Below are positions 1-9,291 of a DNA stretch of 59,886 nt, one piece after another (within the stretch, counting starts at the first letter, position 1; every line of letters starts with the position of its first letter). The position numbers and the translations under genes are program-made. A model generated the notes under the pieces. That model made no database searches. It was given only the letters and a program-made list of their open reading frames with translations, and was not told the origin of the DNA. Origin of the DNA: an archaeon (GTDB lineage Archaea > Iainarchaeota > Iainarchaeia > Iainarchaeales > 0-14-0-20-34-12); contig JBBSVU010000005.1 of the NCBI GenBank assembly GCA_038046645.1, forward strand, positions 1-59,886. The letters run 5' to 3'.

Positions 1-69
1 AATTCCATGCCAATCCCCAGTACTCTAAAAAAGCAAAGAATTATTATTCATATTCATGCTTATCTAAGT

Positions 70-564
70 ATGATTCATAAATTATCTGTCTTATTTTTTA
101 TTTTTAGTATTTTATTGTTGAGTGGTTGCACATATCAGCCAAATGAAACTCAGCCAATAGGAAAGACTGAAAAAGAATGCGGCAAAGAAGTACAGATAAC
201 TGCAGATTTTGCTTCCAAAATTCATAATGCTATTAACCCAATTATTTCAAATACTTTTAGTAACCCTGCCGTTGTTATCTCAGAAACTATTGAATCAGCC
301 CAACCCGATGGCATAAGGCTTGTTTATTGTCTTCAGGGTGATATAACACAGCAAAAAATTAATTCGTTTAATGAAGAACTTCTTAAAAATAATAAAAATC
401 TCGAATTAATCTCAAATTCAGTGAATACTGCTTCGGCAGAATATACTTACCAAGGAGTTTTTGCAGATGAATCCCTTAACCTGAATTTTAGCTATTATTA
501 TACTTTAGTTATGCCACACAAAATAGAAATAATCGCTAGCCATTTTATGCCTTTAACTAATTAG
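70..564 (+). CDS. Putative lipoprotein, unknown function
   Basis: ORF 7..564. The likelier ATG at 70 gives MIHKLSVLFFIFSILLLSGC, a hydrophobic stretch ending in an LSGC lipobox-like motif. Confidence 0.6.
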   Translation: MIHKLSVLFFIFSILLLSGCTYQPNETQPIGKTEKECGKEVQITADFASKIHNAINPIISNTFSNPAVVISETIESAQPDGIRLVYCLQGDITQQKINSFNEELLKNNKNLELISNSVNTASAEYTYQGVFADESLNLNFSYYYTLVMPHKIEIIASHFMPLTN

Positions 565-644
565 TTTCTTTTTTGGAATATTATTTGTTTCAATTTTGAC
601 ATATGGGCATTTCTATCTTTTGTATTTTTAGCAAATCGCACCGC

Positions 645-1355
645 TTATTTCCCTGCTGGAAGTTCCATCATAGGTTTTGATCCTCCCTGCATATTTTGTA
701 AATTCTGCAAGCATTCCTGTTTTGTGTTAGCGGTTGTTATCTTATTGCAATAGCTAGTATCTTGGAATTTGTTTGCCATATCACGATAACAATAGTCTTT
801 CGAGTTTATCATAGTTATTTTATCGCACAGTGCAGGGTCACCAGTATAATTGGCCACACTTTGGTAGCAGTTGCTTTTATAACTAGCTTCCTTAACCTTC
901 TCGCAAACAGAGGCATCCTTTTTTTCTGTTGCATATTTGTAGTAGCATTCATCTTCCTGGAATTCAGCTTCTAGGCATACATCAGGATCTTTTTTTACGC
1001 TTCCAACTAGAACATAGCATGTCATGCGCTGGTCCTTTGTCAGCTTTTTGCACAATGATGTATCTTTAAGTTTTCCTGCAAGCCCGATTATGCAAATGTC
1101 TTCCAATGAACCTTGCTGGGTTGAAGGCATTCCATAGCAGACTGCCAGTTGTGATTCAAGGGTAGTGCTTGTTTCTTCAAGTGTGCTAGTTGCAGCTTCT
1201 TTATCTTCTGCCACCTTTGTCCCATCAGCTGCTTTGGCTGCAGGGCACAGTGTTTTGTCTGTTACAGTAGTTCCGTCAGAACATACATACTGCGTTATGG
1301 TTTGCGGCTGCTGAACACAGCCAGATAGAATAACAAGAATTGCAGAAATTCCCAA
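645..1355 (-). CDS. Cys-rich repeat lipoprotein
   Basis: ILSGCVQQ lipobox, then about 6 repeats of roughly 25 aa of the form C..I......CY...A....D...C. The start is uncertain (see findings). Confidence 0.7.
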   Translation of the reverse strand: MGISAILVILSGCVQQPQTITQYVCSDGTTVTDKTLCPAAKAADGTKVAEDKEAATSTLEETSTTLESQLAVCYGMPSTQQGSLEDICIIGLAGKLKDTSLCKKLTKDQRMTCYVLVGSVKKDPDVCLEAEFQEDECYYKYATEKKDASVCEKVKEASYKSNCYQSVANYTGDPALCDKITMINSKDYCYRDMANKFQDTSYCNKITTANTKQECLQNLQNMQGGSKPMMELPAGK

Positions 1356-1530
1356 TATTATAAGTATATTTTTTCATGATATTATTAAGCTATTTGTACT
1401 ATAAAAAGATAACGTTTATAAAAAATTAAAGAATTATTATTTATATTTGCAAGCTAAGCATTGGTTATTGATTGACTGTTAATGAACTTGAGGCAGTTTT
1501 TTTGTGTTATTTCCAATCTTCGATTGGAAA

Positions 1531-1614
1531 TGCAGGAGGCAGGATTTGAACCTGCGAAGCCACTAAGGCACCGACCCCTGAAGCCGGCGGAATAGGCCAC
1601 TATCCGACTCCTGC
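1531..1614 (-). tRNA. tRNA-Leu(CAG)
   Basis: Reverse complement GCAGGAGTCGGATAGTGGCCTATTCCGCCGGC-TTCAGGG-GTCGGTGCCTTAGTGGCTTCGCAGGTTCAAATCCTGCCTCCTGCA. Acceptor GCAGGAG/CTCCTGC, CAG anticodon, long variable arm, GGTTCAAATCC T-loop, no encoded CCA. Confidence 0.95.
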
Positions 1615-1651
1615 GTACAAATAAAAATCAGCTTAGAAATAGTTTAAATTA

Positions 1652-2134
1652 TCATCTTTTCTGGATTGCCCATTCTAAAAGATAACGGCCAATTTTTTTA
1701 AGTGTACTTTTTCTTAATCTTGGATTTTCTCTTTTTACCGCTTCATCATGCGCTTCATTCCTTATTTTTATGGCTTGAGCTTGTGAAAGGCCTTCTGTAC
1801 TCCTAACTCTTGCCCATTCTTCATATTCATGCATTGCAGCATTTGCTCTTTCAGCTCTTGTCAATTTGCTGCTTACTAAAATAAGCGGCTGATTAACTCT
1901 TTGCACCGTTACAGCACCGCCCATATGCACATCCGGGAAATTCACAACTTTATAGGGTATGCCATTTGGCAAATGTTCGGTTCTTTTTGCTCTTTTATAT
2001 AATTTAAAATAAAATTTATTGTCTTCATCCAAAGTTCTTGCTCTTTTTCTTACCAATGGAGTAAGCAATGCTTTAACCCGCACGTTTCCGCCAGCATTTC
2101 TCCTCATGCTCTTTGAATATTTTGGCCTAGGCAT
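1652..2134 (-). CDS. Arg/Lys-rich orphan protein with an HExxE-like motif
   Basis: 160-aa ORF with an ATG start. Contains AAMHEYEE. No family recognised. Confidence 0.6.
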   Translation of the reverse strand: MPRPKYSKSMRRNAGGNVRVKALLTPLVRKRARTLDEDNKFYFKLYKRAKRTEHLPNGIPYKVVNFPDVHMGGAVTVQRVNQPLILVSSKLTRAERANAAMHEYEEWARVRSTEGLSQAQAIKIRNEAHDEAVKRENPRLRKSTLKKIGRYLLEWAIQKR

Positions 2135-2190
2135 AATCAGATTAATATCAGAATCAGTTTAATATCTTTATTTATGTCATTTGATGTAAA

Positions 2191-2922
2191 TTAAGGAATC
2201 TCATGGCTCAGGGTTTCTTCATGCTTGCCGGTTTCAATCCTTGCAATCTTGCCATCAACAATGTAAACCCTTTTTGTTGCATATTTTAATAAATTTTGGT
2301 CATGCGTAACCATTACACAAGTTTTGCCTTCTTTTTCATTCAGTTCTCGCAATAAGGAAATTATTTTCAAACCGGTAATTGAATCTAAATTTCCTGTTGG
2401 TTCATCAGCCATTATTATTTGCGGGTCATTAATTAAAGAGCGGGCTATGCTCACTCTTTGCCTTTGCCCTCCTGATAATTCTGATGGCTTATGGAACATC
2501 CTTTCTTCAAGCCCAACAACCTTCAATAGGTATTTTGACCTTTTCAATAAAGTATTTTCATCAATATTCATAGGCTCTGTTGGAATCATAACATTTTCAA
2601 GTGCGGTTAATGTCGGGATAAGGTTAAATGTCTGGAAAATAAACCCAACCATCTTCCTTCTTATTAAAGTTAATTGCCAATCCTCTGCTTTTGTAATGTC
2701 TTTGCCATCAATAAGAACCTTTCCTGAAGTAGGGTGGTCTAGTGCACCTAAAATATGCATTAACGTAGTCTTTCCACTTCCTGATGGCCCAACAATCATT
2801 GCAAAGTCTCCCTTATTGATTGTTAATGAAACGCCCCTAAGTGCGTTTACAGTTACTTTTTCCATTAGGTAATCTTTTTTCACATCAATTGCCTCGATCA
2901 ATGCCTGTGCTTTTTTTGCCAT
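2191..2922 (-). CDS. ABC transporter ATP-binding protein (LolD/MacB family)
   Basis: Walker A GPSGSGKT, signature LSGGQRQRV, Walker B IIMADEPTGNLD, and H-loop MVTHD. Confidence 0.95.
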   Translation of the reverse strand: MAKKAQALIEAIDVKKDYLMEKVTVNALRGVSLTINKGDFAMIVGPSGSGKTTLMHILGALDHPTSGKVLIDGKDITKAEDWQLTLIRRKMVGFIFQTFNLIPTLTALENVMIPTEPMNIDENTLLKRSKYLLKVVGLEERMFHKPSELSGGQRQRVSIARSLINDPQIIMADEPTGNLDSITGLKIISLLRELNEKEGKTCVMVTHDQNLLKYATKRVYIVDGKIARIETGKHEETLSHEIP

Positions 2923-2936
2923 AATTTCATTCCTTT

Positions 2937-4079
2937 TTAATATGTCATTGCTTCAACCGGGTCTAATTTAGCAGCCCTGTACGCTGGATACAATCCAGCA
3001 ATTAAACTCAAGCCAATTGCAAATAATGCAGATTGAATTAACAATTCCTGGGTTATAACAGAATCTAATCCAAATAAAATATTTAAAATATAGGTTAAAC
3101 CCAAACCAAGTAACAAACCTAACAATGCCCCTATAACTCCTATTAATGCAGCTTCAATTAAAATCAGTTTAATTATGTGAAGCGAAGACCATCCGCTTGC
3201 TTTTAACGTTCCAATTTCTCTCTTTCTTTCCATTACATTCATTAGCATGGTATTTATCACGCCGATTGCAGAAACAATTGCTGCCAACAATCCAACCAAG
3301 AAAACAACCATCCTGAAATTTCCCAAAACAGAGTTAAATTGGTCTGAATAATCTGATGAAATTAGTGCATCTACCTTATTGCCATATTTGAATTCAATTA
3401 TTTTTTTTATTTTAGTATCTTCTTTTGCGTTTTCCAGCTCAACATAATATGAGCTAACTTTATCTGTTGTTAACGTGCTCATCTTGCGGGCATCATCCAA
3501 TGTCATAACAATAATTGTTTCCATCATGCTTGATTCATTTTTCATTATCCCTATTACTTCAAATGTTTGGTCATTTATTTTTATTGAAGAACCAATAAAT
3601 TTGTCATATTTATCAGCAATTTTTGCACCAATCATTACTTTCTTAGTGTCTGAAGGTTTTAGTTTATTGCCTTTGTCAAGCTCGCCAATCCAGCCATTGC
3701 CCCTCATTTTGACATATTCTGTTGTGCCTATGCCATATATGAATGGCGGATAGCTTGTCATTCCTTCAAGGCCTATCTTCTTGTTGTCTATTTCAGTAGG
3801 CATAATCCATATTTCAGGCAACACTGTTCTTATTCCAGTAATTTTTTCCAGTTCTTTTTGCAGGCTTACATCTACTTTAGATAATGTCTGGTCTGCAGAA
3901 TCTTTTTCCATTACTGAGATACCTTGAAATTGTGCAATCAGTGAATTAAATTGGGAGTATGTGCCGTCAACAACCGCTACCATGGCAATTAGCGTTCCAA
4001 CCCCTATTGTTATGCCAAGCAATGATAAAAAGGTTCGGCTTTTTCTTCTTAAAAGATTGAGCAAGCTTAGCTTTAGCAT
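2937..4079 (-). CDS. ABC transporter permease (MacB/FtsX family)
   Basis: N-terminal RRKSRTFLSLLGITIGV, an extracellular domain, ERKREIGTLKASGW, and C-terminal YPAYRAAKLDPVEA. Confidence 0.93.
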   Translation of the reverse strand: MLKLSLLNLLRRKSRTFLSLLGITIGVGTLIAMVAVVDGTYSQFNSLIAQFQGISVMEKDSADQTLSKVDVSLQKELEKITGIRTVLPEIWIMPTEIDNKKIGLEGMTSYPPFIYGIGTTEYVKMRGNGWIGELDKGNKLKPSDTKKVMIGAKIADKYDKFIGSSIKINDQTFEVIGIMKNESSMMETIIVMTLDDARKMSTLTTDKVSSYYVELENAKEDTKIKKIIEFKYGNKVDALISSDYSDQFNSVLGNFRMVVFLVGLLAAIVSAIGVINTMLMNVMERKREIGTLKASGWSSLHIIKLILIEAALIGVIGALLGLLLGLGLTYILNILFGLDSVITQELLIQSALFAIGLSLIAGLYPAYRAAKLDPVEAMTY

Positions 4080-4109
4080 AAAATTCCACCAAATAAAAAA
4101 GATGGAAGT

Positions 4110-5336
4110 TTATTCCATCTTCCTAAGCGCAAGCTGCCTGAAAACCATCTTTATTATAAAATAAAGAACTGCCAAAATAATAATTGCCAAAACCATTGGG
4201 ATAACTATTGAAGGTTCAGGTTTCTTGTTGATATATGCAGAATAATTTTCCCCAAATGATTGTTCTTGGCCTAATTCATCCTTGTACTTGATAGTTATTT
4301 TGACCTCATGCTCGCCGTCTTTGGCATTTTCGCTAGTGATTAAATCAAAGATTGCCGCGCCAGAATCATCATCATCTATGTTTCCGACATAAGATTTTTT
4401 TACTCCCACAACTTCAGTATCTGTTTCAAGCAAAACCTCTACTGCCTTTGCTTTTTCTTCTCCGATATTATCCAATTGTATTGAAAGTGAGAATGCGTCT
4501 CCCTGCAATATTTTTTTATCCTGTTTGCCTTCAATTGAAAAATCAATGCCGGATATAATGAGATTAGGCCTTCCCAGTACTTCAAAACTGATTTTTTCAA
4601 TGTCTGTATCTGTGCAATCTGTGCAGTTCGCATCTAGCTGAAAAGTAACTGTTCCAGGGGTAATTTTCTTGCCTGGCATTACCTTGAAAGATACTTCCTT
4701 GCTTTCGCCTACCGAAATATTGCCTACCTGATTTTTAACATCAGATAAAACTATAAAATTCCCGAAATCAGAAGCATCAGCTTTTTTTAATCCAACAGAA
4801 ACATTTCTTGCTTCTGAATTTCCAGTATTTCTCACATTTGCAGTGATTGTAAGAATATCCCCAATATGTGGGCTGATTTCGCTTAACTTTATGCCTTGGA
4901 TATCTAACTTAGTCAATTTTGAAATTGTTACTGTTACTGAGTATTTTTCAGTGAGCTCAGTGCCTTCCCTTTTGTATGTTACATATACTGGCAAGGTATA
5001 ATCTGCAGCTGGTGCATTCTCTTTTGCCTTTATCTCAAATACTACGCTTATGCTCTGCCCTGGCGTAACAATATCAGCATGCGCAGTAGTTTTTATGCCC
5101 TCAAAACTTTCCGGCAGTTCTATTGTTGCATTTACATCTTCAGCATTGTAGGATGTTGCCTTATTTTTCAGGTCTGCTTTAACTGTGAAAGTGTCTCCTC
5201 CATAGACTTTGCTTGGGTTTTGTGATGTCGATTCAACCTTTAACAAATAGGAATATTCAACCACAGCAGAAACTGCTGCCGGAACTAATAATGCTAAAAA
5301 CAATGTTAAAATAAATTTATTAATTATAATATGCAC
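4110..5336 (-). CDS. COG1361-like S-layer domain protein (Ig-like repeats, C-terminal TM anchor)
   Basis: Signal peptide, repeated (V/L)xNxGx-A-xxV beta-sandwich motifs and a C-terminal TM. It precedes a permease and ATPase, the usual arrangement for this family. Confidence 0.8.
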   Translation of the reverse strand: MHIIINKFILTLFLALLVPAAVSAVVEYSYLLKVESTSQNPSKVYGGDTFTVKADLKNKATSYNAEDVNATIELPESFEGIKTTAHADIVTPGQSISVVFEIKAKENAPAADYTLPVYVTYKREGTELTEKYSVTVTISKLTKLDIQGIKLSEISPHIGDILTITANVRNTGNSEARNVSVGLKKADASDFGNFIVLSDVKNQVGNISVGESKEVSFKVMPGKKITPGTVTFQLDANCTDCTDTDIEKISFEVLGRPNLIISGIDFSIEGKQDKKILQGDAFSLSIQLDNIGEEKAKAVEVLLETDTEVVGVKKSYVGNIDDDDSGAAIFDLITSENAKDGEHEVKITIKYKDELGQEQSFGENYSAYINKKPEPSIVIPMVLAIIILAVLYFIIKMVFRQLALRKME

Positions 5337-5419
5337 CTTTGTCTCTTAGTAATATATATTGCCAAATAAATCTGTTTTTTAATCTAACTAGCCCTTCTAT
5401 ATTGCAATTGTGGTGCAAT

Positions 5420-5836
5420 ATGGATTCAAAAAAAGACAAATCACTTATTTTAATAAGGCTGAAGCAGGATGAAGACTTATTTAAATCGCTGGAAGAAATT
5501 TGCCGAAAATATAAAGTTAATTTTGCTGCAGTTGTTTCAGGCATCGGCATGCTGAAAGATTTTGAAATTGCCACCTATGATGGCAAGGATTATGTCAGGG
5601 CAAAAAAGTCTGAACCGCATGAATTATGCTCTTTGCAAGGCAACATAGTAAAAAACGGGGAAGATTATATTTTTCATTTTCATGCAGTTTTATTCGACCA
5701 TGAATTTAAGCCAATAGGCGGCCATCTTTTTTCAGCAAAGGCAAATATTACTAATGAAATTGTGCTTGTTGCCTCAAACATTAATGCTAAAAGAAAGCCT
5801 GAACTCCCAGGCATAAAAGGCCTTTATTTCAAATAG
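5420..5836 (+). CDS. PPC/DUF296 domain DNA-binding protein
   Basis: LIRLKQDEDL...SGIGML...ELCSLQGNI...HFHAVL...GGHL motif set. The start is moved to the ATG at 5420. Confidence 0.88.
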   Translation: MDSKKDKSLILIRLKQDEDLFKSLEEICRKYKVNFAAVVSGIGMLKDFEIATYDGKDYVRAKKSEPHELCSLQGNIVKNGEDYIFHFHAVLFDHEFKPIGGHLFSAKANITNEIVLVASNINAKRKPELPGIKGLYFK

Positions 5837-5854
5837 CATTATGCAAGTGGTAAC

Positions 5855-6580
5855 ATGAATGAATCAAGGAATATTTCACTGAATTTTTCTGATAGGGATT
5901 TGGATGAATTAATTACATTGCTAAAAACAGTCGATTCATTGAAATTGTGCGAATCAAAGAGTGAATATGAATTGGCAAGGTTTAATGGCAATGGCTGTAC
6001 AGTAATAGTTTATTCTTCAGGCAAGGTTTTGATACAGGGCATTAAAGCGCATTCTATTTCAAAGGAATTATTGCATAAATTAAACTTGTCCGAGGAAATT
6101 GTATTAGGCATAGATGAATCTGGCAGAGGGGAAGACTTTGGTGTTTTCACTATCGCTGCGGTCCTTGGTGACAAAAATAAATTAAGGGCTTTGAGGGACA
6201 GCAAAAAAATAGAAAATATGAAGGCGAAAAAAGACATTGTGACAAAGAATGCTTTAGCTTATGTTGTTGTGGCATTTTCTCCGGACTTTGTTGATGAGTG
6301 CAGGATGAAAGGCCTTACACTGGATGAGTTGCAATGCAAGGCAGTAAAATCATTTTCCGAGCTTTTTAATTTTAAAAAGGATTTGAAAATAGCTATTGAT
6401 GGGAAACCACTAAATTTCTGCCCTACAAATGCCGAATACTTAGTAAAAGGCGATGATATTAACCCGGTAATCGGTGCTGCAAGCGTTATTGCAAAATATG
6501 CGAGGGAGCAGAGCAAAAATAAATCCCTTAGACTGAGCTGGGGCAAAATAAAATCTAAAAACCAGAACCAAAAAAAGTAG
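5855..6580 (+). CDS. rnhC: RNase HIII-like protein (TBP-like N-domain plus RNase H2-type catalytic domain)
   Basis: N-terminal CTVIVYSSGKVLIQG, catalytic LGIDESGRGE, RDSKK, IAIDG and IGAASVIAK. Confidence 0.75.
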   Translation: MNESRNISLNFSDRDLDELITLLKTVDSLKLCESKSEYELARFNGNGCTVIVYSSGKVLIQGIKAHSISKELLHKLNLSEEIVLGIDESGRGEDFGVFTIAAVLGDKNKLRALRDSKKIENMKAKKDIVTKNALAYVVVAFSPDFVDECRMKGLTLDELQCKAVKSFSELFNFKKDLKIAIDGKPLNFCPTNAEYLVKGDDINPVIGAASVIAKYAREQSKNKSLRLSWGKIKSKNQNQKK

Positions 6581-6595
6581 CTTATTTCCCAATTA

Positions 6596-7087
6596 TTATT
6601 TTCTGTCAGAATTAAATGCCAGTGCCCTTATTTTGTCTTCCACGGATTTATCCAAGACGGGCTGTTTTGTTTGCTTTGTTATTTGCAATTGCCCTGATTC
6701 TTCAAGCATATCCTTCAATGCCCTTATTTCTATTTCAGTATTCCTCTTGAAGTCTTCAAGCCTTTCAATTTTTTTATAGGCATCCCCGTTTAATTTAGCA
6801 TAACTATTGCCATTTTCATTAAATCCATTTCCATTAACACTAAAGTTAGTCATCTGCTGTTCCATCTTCTGAAGTTTTTTGTGCATCATGTCTGTTTTCT
6901 TGTCCAAATAAACATAGGGGTTTGAAAAACTTTTGAATGCTGGATCTTTAGTATAAATAGTTGTATTGTTGTCAGTGACAATTACAGCATTGCCATTCTG
7001 CCTTTTTGAAATCCTGCCCTTTAAGTAAAAAACGCCGTTGGCAGCTGCTAATGCTACTGCTGCTAGTAATAGTGAAAGGCTTAACAT
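6596..7087 (-). CDS. Single-pass membrane protein with coiled-coil, unknown function
   Basis: The ATG at 7087 follows GGAGAG. N-terminal hydrophobic helix MLSLSLLLAAVALAAANGVF. Confidence 0.6.
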   Translation of the reverse strand: MLSLSLLLAAVALAAANGVFYLKGRISKRQNGNAVIVTDNNTTIYTKDPAFKSFSNPYVYLDKKTDMMHKKLQKMEQQMTNFSVNGNGFNENGNSYAKLNGDAYKKIERLEDFKRNTEIEIRALKDMLEESGQLQITKQTKQPVLDKSVEDKIRALAFNSDRK

Positions 7088-7124
7088 GTTCTGCTCTCCT
7101 AATCTTAATTTATGACAAACCTTT

Positions 7125-7883
7125 TTATATATTGAGCTTACTGCTAAATAGGTTTTTGGCGTTATTTTCCGATATTTTTTCAATTTCCTGCAAGGAAATG
7201 CCCTTTATTTCTGCTACTTTCTGTGCTACCCTAGCTATCCATGTCGGATTCACCCTTTCCCCATCAAATAAAACAGCAGGGCAATCTGTTTCAAAAAGTA
7301 TTTTTTCAATTGGGTATTCTTCAATTATCGGTTTTAGTGATTCATTTGAAATGATACTCGGCCCGACAGAAATAAAGTAATCCATGGAAGCAGCTTTTTT
7401 CACTGTTTTTGTATCCGCATAAAACCAGTGTAGTAAAACATTCCTTGCTTCAGCCTTCTCAAGCATATCAAGCACAACATTCTGCGCCCTTCTTGAATGT
7501 ATTTCTATTGCCAAATTATGTTTTTTTGCAATCTCAATATGCCTTGCAAAACATTGCCTTTGCACTTCTCTTTGTTCTTTTGTTTCTGCATATTTATAAT
7601 CCAAGCCGGTTTCCCCAATGCCTATACATTCTGTTATATTTTTTTCAATGAATTCAAATGCTTCCTCAATTTCGTCCTTTTGCATCTTTATAACTTCTTC
7701 AGGATGCAAACCAAGCAGAATTTTAATCTCTTTATGTTTTTTTGCAATCTCCAAGTTCTTTTCCATGCTTGCAAAATCCACTGAATTGGAGATTAGGAGT
7801 TTGACATTTGCATTTTTTGCATTTTCAATTTCTTTTTCCACATCTTCAAACATTGAAGCATGGCAATGCACGTCAATAAACAT
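7125..7883 (-). CDS. tatD: TatD family metal-dependent DNase
   Basis: MFIDVHCH, GLHP, IGETGLDY, IHSR, LLHWF and LFETDCP. The start is moved to 7883. Confidence 0.93.
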   Translation of the reverse strand: MFIDVHCHASMFEDVEKEIENAKNANVKLLISNSVDFASMEKNLEIAKKHKEIKILLGLHPEEVIKMQKDEIEEAFEFIEKNITECIGIGETGLDYKYAETKEQREVQRQCFARHIEIAKKHNLAIEIHSRRAQNVVLDMLEKAEARNVLLHWFYADTKTVKKAASMDYFISVGPSIISNESLKPIIEEYPIEKILFETDCPAVLFDGERVNPTWIARVAQKVAEIKGISLQEIEKISENNAKNLFSSKLNI

Positions 7884-7921
7884 AGTAATTCTTTTATTTA
7901 GAAGGTATATTATATTGTTGC

Positions 7922-8461
7922 ATGAAGATTTTGGCAATCTCTGCATCGCACAGGAATGGAAACACTGATGCTGCAATTAATTTTTTAGGCAAGCATCTTG
8001 TTTTGAAAGAGCATTCTTTCAAACTGATTGATTTAAAGAAAAAGAATTTGAAATTCAGCACAGGCGATTCTGATGAATATTACACAGGAAAGCCTGCTGT
8101 CCTTGATGCAATGCAGGAAATACAAAAAGAGATTCTGAAATCCAATCTGTTAATTCTTGCAACCCCAAATTATTTTAGCAATGTTTCTGCATTAATGAAG
8201 AATTTCATGGACAGGACAAATCCTTATTATTGCAACCATGATTTTAAAAGCAAAAAAACTGCTCTGCTTGTTGTGAGTGCTTCAAAAGGAAGCTCCCCAA
8301 AAATGTGCTTAGCCTGTTTGAAGGAATTCTGCAGGATACATAAGATGAATGTTATTCAATCAAAAATCTTTATTGCTGAGCATTCGGATGATTTCAAAAA
8401 AAGCAAAAAGCTGCGGAAAGAGATTGAGCAATTTGCTGAAAAATTTCTAGCGGAAAAATAG
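7922..8461 (+). CDS. Flavodoxin-fold NAD(P)H-dependent FMN reductase family protein
   Basis: MKILAISASHRNGNT P-loop and LATPNYFSNVSALMKNFMDR. Confidence 0.85.
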   Translation: MKILAISASHRNGNTDAAINFLGKHLVLKEHSFKLIDLKKKNLKFSTGDSDEYYTGKPAVLDAMQEIQKEILKSNLLILATPNYFSNVSALMKNFMDRTNPYYCNHDFKSKKTALLVVSASKGSSPKMCLACLKEFCRIHKMNVIQSKIFIAEHSDDFKKSKKLRKEIEQFAEKFLAEK

Positions 8462-8510
8462 GAAAAAAGAAAAGGCTGATAAGCCCTTTCTTATTTAATT
8501 TTTTGTTGAT

Positions 8511-9215
8511 TTATAATTTAATTCCCATAAGCAGGTTCTTTGAAAAAACATATTTCTTATTTATGTTAATTTCAACCGCTTTTGTGAATGTTTCAAATCT
8601 GTTTAGGATTGTATTTATGCCAACATAGCTGACAGTGATTCCTAAAGCAAATGCTATTCTTTCAGCCAAGGCTATTGGTATTAATAAAATCCAGAATTCT
8701 GGCGTGCTTGGAATAGTCCAGATCCATAATGCGCCGCCGATTGCATGTGCAGTAAATGTTGTTCCTAAAGATTTCAAAAATAACCTGTTTGAGAATCTTG
8801 CAAAAATAGGAACAAGCCACATTAAACTGAATATCCATGCTTGCTGCCCGACTGGATGCAGCATAAATGCGGCCATGCAGATAATCGGGGCTATTATTCC
8901 TAATTTATTCTTCCCTGTTGTTCCAAAGTAGTATGCTGCAAAAAGCATTGGTGTTAGCCTTATGATATTCACAATCTCAAAAGTCTTTCCTAAGAGGAAG
9001 AAATTTGCAATTTGTGCCATAGCTACTGCAATAATCCCAACAAATGGCCCCAAAAATGCCGCTGGCAATGGCCCGAAGAACTGGAAAAATGTGAAGTATT
9101 GCTTATCCATCCCTAAAAGCTGTGAATAATTTATTCTATCCCCCATGAATGCCAGAACCGCAAACATTAGGATGAATAGAATTCTTTTCTTAGTGAAAAA
9201 TTCCTTAATGCCCAA
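8511..9215 (-). CDS. Multi-pass membrane protein, possibly ECF S-component-like
   Basis: About 6 TM helices. FFGPLPAAFLGPFVG resembles S-component motifs. The function is an inference. Confidence 0.55.
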   Translation of the reverse strand: MGIKEFFTKKRILFILMFAVLAFMGDRINYSQLLGMDKQYFTFFQFFGPLPAAFLGPFVGIIAVAMAQIANFFLLGKTFEIVNIIRLTPMLFAAYYFGTTGKNKLGIIAPIICMAAFMLHPVGQQAWIFSLMWLVPIFARFSNRLFLKSLGTTFTAHAIGGALWIWTIPSTPEFWILLIPIALAERIAFALGITVSYVGINTILNRFETFTKAVEININKKYVFSKNLLMGIKL

Positions 9216-9291
9216 TTAAATCCCTCCATTATTTTAATAGAAACTTTTAATACTGAAGTAATTAAAAAGGTTTACCCCATGATTTTATCAA

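Noticed and set aside
1531-2134. Prophage or integrative element at tRNA-Leu or the other tRNAs
   Set aside because: No integrase, no duplicated tRNA 3' end (att site) and no viral hallmark genes were found in the window.
7922-8461. Iron-sulfur flavoprotein (Isf) call
   Set aside because: The Cys cluster motif is absent (FSTGDSDEYYTG at that position), so only a general flavodoxin-fold call is supported.
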